Positions 23,251 to 32,176 of a DNA stretch of 32,176 bases are shown here, in pieces. The notes beneath the pieces are model-generated. The model was not told the DNA's origin. It made no database searches and was given only the letters and a program-made list of their open reading frames with translations. The number at the start of each line of letters is the position of its first letter. Position 1 is the first letter of the stretch. The DNA comes from Octopus bimaculoides (taxonomy: Eukaryota): the NCBI RefSeq assembly GCF_001194135.2, contig NC_069003.1:9051179-9083354 (forward strand). The letters are read 5' to 3'. The position numbers and the translations under genes were made by a program.

Positions 23251-23841
23251 GCCTGCACGTACATGCATCGAGAATGTTCAAAGGTTAATACTAATAACAT
23301 AATTAATCAAATGCTTTTTAATCTCTCCTTATAAATCAATACACATACACACACATATGTACATATGCATGTATGTATGTTGATTTAAGATATTTTATTT
23401 TTCAATTTGTGCAAAATATCTCTTGTCAAACAGGAATTCAATTTCAAATAAAATTAGTAATTAGAAAAAGAAATAATAAACGTTTCCATTTACATAAACC
23501 CTCAATTAATTATAACGAATATATTATTAATAAATAGCTTGATAATTACAATGTTGTAATTGATTTCACAAGTTGAATTAAAGTAAGTTTATTTAATACA
23601 CAGTTACGAAGTAATATAGATAAGAGGAGCTAGGTTTATCGAAGTTAAATTATCGCCATTTTGCATAAATATACACACTCCTGTGTGTGTGTGGGGAGAG
23701 AGGAAGGAAGCTGTGATGTTTCGTAAGTAACTCAAGCACGTAGAGTTTCGTGTCGTATTCCGGACATTCACGCATGCAGCTACACAGTTATATAAGATAT
23801 TCTGAGTAATATTTTGCCGTTTGAATTATTAAATCACATGT

Positions 23842-23905
23842 GACTGAGTGCTACTTGCCAACCACATGGTTCCGAGTTCGGTCCTACTGCGTGGCACCTT
23901 GGCAC
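23842..23905 (+). mobile_element. SINE family A head fragment
   Basis: CCAACCACATGGTTCCGAGTTCGGTCCTACTGCGTGGCACCTTGG. Confidence 0.75.
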
Positions 23906-24195
23906 TTAATATTTTTATTTGTGCTGTTAAATGTTTTAATTCTTTCTGTTTTCCTTGCATACTGTTTCTCTCTGTTATCTTGGTGCGTTACGGTGGATTA
24001 ATTTAAGACTCTAGCTCTTATTTCTAGCAGGTAGATGCTTGTTAAGCATCATTACACTTCGTGCAAATTTATAATTCATAGCTGTTTAATGCTATTCTGC
24101 CTGCGATCCACCTATGTCACCACTGCTGGTGATATCAATTTTTAAATTTATCCACAGATGATATGAACAGTAGTGACATCTGATTTCAAATCTCA

Positions 24196-24835
24196 GTGTT
24201 TGAAAAATGGATCTTCTATCGTAATGTTAAACGTCGTAAACATTGGCTTGGTAAAAGGGAAAAATCTCAACCACGACCGAGAAGGGAACTTCATGGGAAA
24301 AAGGTTCTTCTCTCTATCTGGTCTGATTGCAAAGGAGTAACTCACTTTGAATTGTTACCACCTAATGCAACAATCAATGCTCGAGTCTACAGTCAGCAAT
24401 TAGCGTTTGAACCAAGCTTTGAAGAAAAAAAGACCCGCTTTAGTGAATCGAAAAGTAGTGATGTTTCATCAGGACAATGCGTGACCCCATATTGCAAAGA
24501 TCACATCACAGAAGATCGAAGAGCTTGGTTGGGAAAAAATTCCTCATCCCCCTTATTCTCCTGACCTTGCTCCTTCAGAATACCATAGTTTACAGAATCA
24601 TTTGGGGGACATAACTTTCGCAAGCCAGGAGGAGGTCCAAACTGACATTTCAGAGTTCTTCGCTTTGAAACCAAAAGACTTTTACCTTGATGGGATTTAA
24701 AAGCTTGTAAATAGATGGAAGGAAGTCATAGATAATCAGGGAAAGTACATTGATAATTAAATTTCAATTAAATATAACATTTGATCACTTGTTTTCTTTA
24801 TTCAAAATTCGGACAGAACTTATGGGACGACCTGA
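24196..24835 (+). pseudogene. 5'-truncated mariner (Tc1/mariner, DD34D-type) transposase remnant with right TIR
   Basis: EKWIFYRNVKRRKHW...ELHGKKVLLSIWSDCKGVTHFELLP, frameshift, QDNA*PH (GAC at 24473), HPPYSPDLAPSEYH (GAA at 24578, 34 residues between), C-terminus KLVNRWKEVIDNQGKYIDN*; TIR ...CGGACAGAACTTATGGGACGACCTGA then TA at 24836-24837. Confidence 0.93.
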
Positions 24836-25957
24836 TATGTATGTATATATACATCTTTCTAAATAAGTTATTACCTCGGTTTAGAAAAAAAAAAACAGTA
24901 TATCCACCGAAGGTCACCACATTACTAGGAATATAAAACAGAGAATAATAGTAAATATCGAATACTGACCAGAACCCGCAAACGGTTAAGGCGAAGTATT
25001 ATACTTCGGAAAAACAAGGTTGAGGTTGTACTGAAATATGAAATAGTAGGAATTCCTATTTGTAGTTAAACTTTTACTGACCTCGATAAAAATAGATTGG
25101 TGAATGTATTCTAAGCAGTACCGAAAATATATTAATATTAAGGTCGATCAAGTTATTGGCCACAAATGGCTGAAGAAATATATATATATATGCGTGGAAG
25201 ATAGGTTAGTTGATTAAAATTTCGATAAGACAAATGCAATGAGGAAAGTATACTATTTATAAGATACTAAAATCAGTCGAGGAAAAATATATTTCGAATT
25301 TAAGATAATTTCAATACTTAGGATATAGCTTAAAGGAAAAAGCGCTAATAAAAACAAAAGCTAATTAGAAATAGAACGAAAAAATAAATATGAATGAAAG
25401 ATACGTTAAAAAACAAATAAATTACAAAAGATTAAATTAATGGCTGAGAATTAAAATTCGAGAGAATTAAACATAATTAGGAGTAGTAAAAGATATTAAA
25501 CAACTAATTGCATCGTCTTAAGATTGACTGAGAATACCTGAGATATTAATAACTATTTGAAAACATCAATAAAACTAATGGTACGAAAAATGTGGATATG
25601 AATCGAAATAATTCTTAAGAATAATAATTCTAAACAAGTAAAAAAACATAATTGCTTCTCATTAATTATATCAAAATGACAAGTATCATCTATTAATTAA
25701 GATACGTATTATGTGTGCTGCATAAACATTTCCCACCATTGAACAAATATAGCTAGCTGTGCAGTCTGCATACGGTCAGAATTGCATTTTCAACCACGTG
25801 GCCTATCGCACGGAAGTTAAAGGAGTTGGATAAAATAACCGTAATGGGAATAGTGGTAGCAATTATTATTGTTAATAGTTTTGATATTTATCAGTGATTG
25901 TGGTAATGATAATGATAGTAATGTTAACAACCTTGATAATAGTAATAATGATCAACA

Positions 25958-26340
25958 GGCGCAGGAGTGTCTGTGTGCTAAGTAGTTTGCTTACCAACCA
26001 CATGGTTTCAGGTTCATTCCCACTGCGTGGCACCTTGGGCAAGTGTCTTCTACTATAGCCTCGGGCCGACCAAAGCCTTGTGAGTGGATTTGGTAGGCGG
26101 AAACTGAAAGAAGCCCGTCGTATATATGTATATATATATATGTTTGTGTGTCTGTGTTTGTCCCCACCCAACATCGCTTGACAACCGATGGTGGTGTGTT
26201 TACTTCCCCGTAACTTTGCGGTTTGGCAAAAGAGACTGATAGAATAAGTACTTGGCTTCCAAAGAATAAGTCCTGGGGTCGATTTGCTCGACTAAAAGCG
26301 GTGCTCCAGCATGGCCGTAGTCAAATGACGGAAACAAGAT
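25958..26340 (+). mobile_element. Full-length young SINE family A
   Basis: Colinear with 12978-13370; CpGs retained. Confidence 0.9.
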
Positions 26341-26837
26341 AAGATAGTATTGGAGCACGACTTAGAGCTGAGCAGTAAATTTTTCAAGTTTCTGGCTCGA
26401 ACAGGGAAAATCTCAGAACACCAAATAAATCTTAGTACGAATAAGGACTCCCAATACAACAATTTATTCGAAAATATAAAGCAAATATAAATCCTTCCAA
26501 TGATAAATAATTTATTAGTGAAACACACCGTTTATGTAACCGTAAAATATAGCTCAAATAACCAGTACTTAGGGAAACATTTCTGATATAAATGTTCAGT
26601 AGCAACTGATTGGATGCACCTTCTCTAACACTTCCCTTCAGCCTTTACTGGTTCTGGTCGATATTGGGTGTTCCCTGCTATTTACTGTTAGTTCTCTCTT
26701 CTACATTCCTAACAGTGTGGTGGGGACTTTGAGAGAAATATGCAGGTGTTTTTCTAGATCTAGGTAATACTACAGTCGATTAAATAGGGATTGATTAGTC
26801 AGTACAATTAACACAATTTTGTATTATGCAACACTTG

Positions 26838-27270
26838 TTGTTGTTGGCTCTCCGTCGCTTACGACGTCGAGGGTTCCAGTTGATCCGACGAACGAAACAA
26901 CCTGCTCGTGAATTAACGTGCAAGTGGCTGAGCACTCCACAGACACGTGCACCCTTAACGTAGTTCTCGGGGGATAATCAGCGTGACACAGTGTGACAAG
27001 GCTGACTCTTTGAATTACAGGCACAACAGAAACAGGAACACAGTGTGACAAGGCTGACCCTTTGAATTACAGGCACAACAGAAACAGGAAGTAAGAGTGA
27101 GAGAAAGTTGTGGTGAAAGAGTACAGCAGGGTTCGCCACCATCCCCTGCCGGAGCCACGTGGAGCTTTAGGCGTTTTCGCTCAATAAACACCCACAACGC
27201 CCGGTCTGGGAATTGAAACCGCGATCCTATGACCGCGAGTCCGCTGCCCTAACCACTGGGCCATTGCGCC
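26838..27270 (-). mobile_element. Full-length SINE family C with a 52-bp internal tandem duplication
   Basis: Colinear with 16160-16542; 26986-27037 is repeated at 27038-27089 with one mismatch. Confidence 0.92.
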
Positions 27271-27410
27271 CCCCCCCCACAGTTAAATAAAAGATGAAAT
27301 TTTTTTCATATGATTCGTAATTGATTTGCTTTCGACAGCTGTTTTAAAAGAATGTAAGCCTCATCCTTTATACATTTACATAATAGACATAATTAATTAA
27401 AATGTGATGG

Positions 27411-27425
27411 GTTGCCCTTAGCAAC
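27411..27425. promoter_or_regulatory. RFX X-box consensus match
   Basis: GTTGCC-CTT-AGCAAC fits GTNRCC-N(0-3)-RGYAAC in non-repeat sequence; function not shown. Confidence 0.3.
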
Positions 27426-28211
27426 AGGAGAGAAGAATCAAAACGATGAATTGCTACGAAATTAACCAGATTCAAGAAGTTCCCCAACGTTCCTGGTTCC
27501 CATCTTTTTTGTTGCATCCCAGTCATTAACGTCATAATTTATGCTGGAAAATAGACAGCCAAACGCTGCTGTTCTTCTGAAAAAATACATTCATCTCGAA
27601 AGTATTTGCGTATTCTCGTGGGAAATTGCATCTACGATTCCTTAAAGGTCCCCCCTCTCTCTCTCTTACTCTCTCTCTCTCTCTCTCTCTCTCTCGCTCT
27701 AGCTCACTCCACCTATTTATATCAACGTGAAATGTAGGTTCTGTAACTTGACAGCTTGTTCTCTCTCAATTTTTTTAGTTCGCACGAAATAAAGTGCAAG
27801 ATCCACGGTGACCTTCGCCCTCTTTACTTCATTATTCGTCACTTAATACAACATATTCTGGCAAATATTAAAAGCACACCACATTACCGATATACTATAT
27901 AAATATGGCGCTTAAATATAAGACGGCAATCTGGTAGAACCGTTTGCATGCTTTCATTGACATTACCTTTCATTATCTCAGGGTCGATAAAATAGAAACC
28001 AGTTGGATATTGGGTACTGGGATCGATGTATTCGACTTAATTAAAGTTCGAAATCTAGGTCCAGGAACAAAATAAGGAAAATGTTTTTTTTTTATTTTTC
28101 ATTCCCTTCGAAATTGCTCTCAACCGTGGTTTGGATTTTGACTGTTCCTTCTAGCATGTAAGGTGTCTTGTTAGGGTCACCTCTGCTGTGTTTAAATGTA
28201 CACTAATGATA

Positions 28212-28242
<31 letters not shown>

Positions 28243-28249
28243 CACGATA

Positions 28250-28610
28250 TGCTTTTTTAGACTTTTCGACTTCCAACGCAATGATCAGTCCGGGGCTATA
28301 GATGAGAATAACTGCCCGACGTTCAACAGGCTAATACTTGAACAAGAAACCGAGTGGTTGCAAAGTCCTGCTTGCACCTATACCTAGACAGCCATATCTC
28401 TTCATTAATCATAAGTGCCTAAGACTTTTTTCTCATGGCCTCCGGTCGGCTTCTGTACCGCTTACTTCTAAACAAATCCCTTAAAACATTCACAAGGCTT
28501 GCATCGACGCCGAGTGTCTAGTAAAGACGTCCACTCAAGACTCCACACAATGAGACCGAACCCAAGACCTCGTAGTTACAATGCAAACTTTTTAATTACT
28601 TACCATGGGT
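28250..28610 (-). mobile_element. Two highly degenerate family-A-like SINE heads
   Basis: CCGGGGCTATAG...TGCCCG...GAACAAGAAACCGAGTGGTTGCAAAG and CACAAGGCTTG...GACCGAACCCAAGACC resemble minus-strand family A. Confidence 0.45.
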
Positions 28611-28634
28611 AACGTCCACTTAACTGGTTCTCCG

Positions 28635-29185
28635 TCAGTGAAGATAACGAGTGTTGTAGTTGGTTGGATCAACGGAACAGCCTACATGTGAAATTAACGT
28701 GCAAGCGGGTGAGTACTCCACAGACACATGTAACTTTAACGAAGGTCTCAAGGAGATTCAGCGTGACACAGAATATGACAAGGCTGGCTCTTTGAATTAT
28801 TAGGTTGGTGCATAATTATTGCGGTCTTTTTACAATAAATTTTATTCAAGAAAAACAATAACATTTAACAAAAAACATCTTTAAATGATTATTCAGGAGC
28901 ATATTCACAACCTACTTCAATTACTGCTTCCCATTTGCCTGGCAGTCGGTCGGGATAATCATTTAAAGATGTTTTTGTTAAATGTTGCGTTTTGGCTGTT
29001 TCGAATAAAACTAATTAAAAAAAAAAAAGCCGCAATAATTATGCACCAACCTAATATAAATACAATTCATTTTTGCCCACTGAGTGAACTGGAGTAACGT
29101 GAAATAAAGTGTTTTGCTCAAGGACACAGTAATCGAACTCACGGTCTTACATTTACGAGCCAAATACCTCTAACCACTAAACCAC
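28635..29185 (-). mobile_element. SINE (family D domain plus C-type tail) split by a mariner MITE
   Basis: Left part matches the family C tail (GTGAAATTAACGTGCAAG); right part ACTGGAGTAACGTGAAATAAAGTGTTTTGCTCAAGG matches 13611-13648; removing the MITE restores TTTGAATTATAAATACAATTCATTT, similar to TTTGAAATTACAGGTACAACTCATTT at 13570. Confidence 0.8.
28800..29054 (-). mobile_element. Mariner-derived MITE, 255 bp, 25-bp perfect TIRs, TA TSD
   Basis: TA|TTAGGTTGGTGCATAATTATTGCGG...CCGCAATAATTATGCACCAACCTAA|TA; TIR resembles Hsmar1/MADE1 type (recalled); minus strand 28948-28889 encodes RLPGKWEAVIEVGCEYAPE*, a mariner-like C-terminus. Confidence 0.92.
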
Positions 29186-29508
29186 TAGCTTTACCTCCAA
29201 GCCAGTGTCCACTAGACAGTATGTCAGGTGATGGGGTGTTATAATACTTCCGTCTCTCATTCAGTCTGTTTCTGCCTGAACATCTCCGGTATATTTATCT
29301 CGTTGGCTAAGCTTACATTTCCGTGTATGAGGTGAACTCAGCCAAGCAAGATAATATCACTTCAGACTTTAATTCATACATACTTTAGCAGCAAAGTATT
29401 AAATTGGAAGCTGGTAATTTAATAATCATTCACTCTTTGACAATAAGTAGGTCTACGATCGTACACGTATGTGATTGTGTGTATATATATATATATATAC
29501 ATACATAG

Positions 29509-29554
<46 letters not shown>

Positions 29555-29663
29555 CTACAAGTGAGTGTGTATTTATCCCAACGAATATATATGCTTACAC
29601 GCATACACACATAATACGTCTTTATCCACACATAAATATACATATAAAACTATATGTATATAT

Positions 29664-29820
29664 GGGAGAATATACAAATAATAACAACAGACGAGGACAG
29701 GTGGTGTAAATAACAAAAGTATATATTAGTATGACGCTCGGGAATACGGAAAGTCTTTGACGTTTCGAGCTACGCTCTTCAACAGAAAGAATACGGAGAC
29801 AAGGAGAAAAACACGGAGAA
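29664..29820 (-). mobile_element. Penelope-like element terminal-repeat fragment, cut by an N-gap
   Basis: Contains GACGTTTCGAGC.ACGCTCTTC (minus: ...GAGCGTAGCTCGAAACGTC), the hammerhead-like motif typical of PLE pseudo-LTRs; no RT or GIY-YIG sequence visible. Confidence 0.55.
29754..29790 (-). ncRNA. Minimal type I hammerhead ribozyme-like motif with A6U core variant
   Basis: Minus strand: UCUUU CUGUUGA A GAGC-GUA-GCUC GAA AC GU C AAAGA, i.e. stem I 5 bp, core, stem II 4 bp, palindromic ACGU stem III, GUC cleavage triplet. Confidence 0.6.
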
Positions 29821-30367
29821 NNNNNNNNNNNNNNNNNNNNNNNNNNNNNNNNNNNNNNNNNNNNNNNNNNNNNNNNNNNNNNNNNNNNNNNNNNNNNNNN
29901 NNNNNNNNNNNNNNNNNNNNNNNNNNNNNNNNNNNNNNNNNNNNNNNNNNNNNNNNNNNNNNNNNNNNNNNNNNNNNNNNNNNNNNNNNNNNNNNNNNNN
30001 NNNNNNNNNNNNNNNNNNNNNNNNNNNNNNNNNNNNNNNNNNNNNNNNNNNNNNNNNNNNNNNNNNNNNNNNNNNNNNNNNNNNNNNNNNNNNNNNNNNN
30101 NNNNNNNNNNNNNNNNNNNNNNNNNNNNNNNNNNNNNNNNNNNNNNNNNNNNNNNNNNNNNNNNNNNNNNNNNNNNNNNNNNNNNNNNNNNNNNNNNNNN
30201 NNNNNNNNNNNNNNNNNNNNNNNNNNNNNNNNNNNNNNNNNNNNNNNNNNNNNNNNNNNNNNNNNNNNNNNNNNNNNNNNNNNNNNNNNNNNNNNNNNNN
30301 NNNNNNNNNNNNNNNNNNNNNNNNNNNNNNNNNNNNNNNNNNNNNNNNNNNNNNNNNNNNNNNNNNN

Positions 30368-30856
30368 GGAGAAGGGGAAGGTGGATGTAAGAGAGGGGGA
30401 AGATGGGTATGAGAGGGGAGAGGAAGAGAGGAGAGAGGGTGGGTATAAGAGAGGGAAGGTGGATTAAGAGAGGGGGAAGGTGGGTATGGGGGGAGAGAAA
30501 GAGGGGAAGGTGGGTATTGAGGGGAGAAAGAGAGGAAGAGAAAGAGAGTGAGAGAGAGGGAAGAGGGGTATGGGGGGAGAAAGGGAGGAAGAGAAAGAGA
30601 GTGAGAGAGAGGGGAAGAGAGTGTAAGAGTAAGAGAGTAAGAGAGTAAGGGTGAGAGAGTAAGAGTGTAGAGAGTAGGAGAGTAAGAGTGTAGAGAGTAA
30701 GAGTGAGAGAGGGGGGAGTACGAGAGAAGAGAGTGAGAGAGAGGAGAGAAAGAGTAGGGGTGAAGAGAAGTGGGAGTGGAGAGAAGTATGAAGAGAGGTG
30801 AAGAGACGTACAAAGAAGTAGGAATCGGAGCAGGAGGTGGGGGAGGGGAGAGATGG
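30368..30856. repeat. About 490-bp degenerate purine-rich tract with GAGTAA/GAGTGTAA subrepeats
   Basis: Directly visible; almost no C on the plus strand up to about 30800; bounded by N-gaps. Confidence 0.9.
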
Positions 30857-30919
30857 NNNNNNNNNNNNNNNNNNNNNNNNNNNNNNNNNNNNNNNNNNNN
30901 NNNNNNNNNNNNNNNNNNN

Positions 30920-30967
<48 letters not shown>

Positions 30968-31325
30968 TCTCATATTCTGAGTTCTATTTTTCCTGTTTGC
31001 ATCGCCATAGCTTTATACACATGCATGCAAACGAGTGTAACTGCGTATATGCATGCATGCATTGTATGTATAGGCGTTTTAGCATACATAAATATACATA
31101 AATCTGTTTATCTGTGTATACATATATGTATGTGTGTGTACGTGTGTATTGTGTGTATGTATGTGTGTGTGTGTGTAGGGAGAGAGATAATATATAAACG
31201 CACATTTATATGCATTTATATGAGTATACGCATATATCTACTAGTGTGTAGGTGTGTGTGTGTATGTTGGTGTGTGTGTGTATGTAGGTGTGTGTGTGTG
31301 TGTGTGTAGGTGTGTGTGTTGTGTG
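30920..31325. repeat. (TA)n and degenerate (TG)n tracts
   Basis: Directly visible. Confidence 0.85.
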
Positions 31326-31562
31326 TAATTGAATGTAAATAATATTCACTTCAGATTGACAAAGTCAAAGATCCCAACACCTGTTGTATCATTGTGCAAT
31401 CTCAGAGATTTTATATCTGCCTTACGACTCAAGTTATCCACTCAAGTTTCATGTCCGTTTTTCTGCTACACCGAGCTTCCCTCCATGTTTTGCCCGGAGC
31501 TTCTTTAAAACATTAAATCTGTAAATATGAAAACTTATTTAAACTCTCTTTTACTGATTTAT

Positions 31563-32176
31563 TTGCTGAAGAGCGACTGAATGAACTTCTTCACGAAAAT
31601 CCACGCCAAACGACCAGAGAATTGGAGGAGCAGGTGGATTGTGATTAAAAAATCGTGGTGAATCACATTCATTCAATGGGCAAGCTTCAGAAACGCGGCG
31701 CTTCGGTGCCACACTGAGCGAAAACAAAAATCAACGCTCCACAATCGCCGCCAGGTGGCTCGCTCGACATCGCTCAACATATGGTCACAAACAACGTTTT
31801 CTATACCGTATTGTAACTGACAATGAAAAATGGTACCTTTACGTCAATATGAAGCTGCGAAAAGAATAGCTCGGCCCGGACAAACAAGCGACACCGCGAG
31901 CAAAACAGAACCTTCATCCTCGAAAGACCGTGTTGTGTGTATGGTGGGACTGGGAAGGCATAATTCATTACGAACTGCTTGAGCGCAACCAAACACTCAA
32001 TGCGGAGCTCTTCGCTCCATTCAACAAGTGCACCGACTCAACGGAGCAATTCAGCAAAAAAAGATCGAATAGTCGAAATGGCGTTCTTCTGCGAAACAAC
32101 GTCCGTCCTCACATCGCCAATATGACCAAAGCTGCGATTGAAGAACTCGAATGGGAAGTGCTGCCTCAACATCCAT
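31563..32176 (+). pseudogene. Second, distinct decayed mariner transposase running off the window end
   Basis: EERLNELLHENPRQTTRELEEQVDCD*KIVVNHIHSMGKLQKRGASVPH (HTH plus WVPH-like linker), RFLYRIVTDNEKWYLYVN, LHPRKTVLCVWWDWEGIIHYELL, LLRNNVRPH, LEWEVLPQHP; stops and frameshifts present; first two catalytic Asp positions read as Asn. Confidence 0.93.

Noticed and set aside
24840-25680. A-rich microsatellite-free stretch that might be decayed coding DNA
   Set aside because: Only short open frames (about 40 codons in the part translated) and no recognisable motif.
28260-28387. Protein-like frame LFDFQRNDQSGAIDENNCPTFNRLILEQETEW after a TTTTTTAG acceptor
   Set aside because: It overlaps a degenerate antisense SINE-A head (CCGGGGCTATAG...GTGGTTGCAAAG).

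Overview
Repeat-saturated, AT-rich animal genomic DNA from a draft assembly, with nine N-gaps, most flanked by microsatellites or homopolymers. The repeat repertoire resembles an Octopus/coleoid cephalopod genome; this is recalled similarity, not a database match. No host protein-coding gene, rRNA, functional tRNA or CRISPR array can be supported, and most ORFs in the supplied track are microsatellite or N-gap read-throughs. The window holds about 25 copies of several tRNA-derived SINE families, an RTE-type LINE 3' end present twice in inverted orientation, two decayed mariner transposases, a mariner-derived MITE (TA TSD) and a piggyBac-like MITE (TTAA TSD) each nested inside a SINE, and long simple-repeat tracts. 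The most notable observations are a minimal type I hammerhead-ribozyme fold in a Penelope-like terminal repeat at 29754-29790 (minus strand, one core substitution), the two nested MITEs, and a perfect 24-bp hairpin between about 110-bp direct repeats. Weaker hints of host regulatory or exonic sequence occur at 26.7-27.4 kb.
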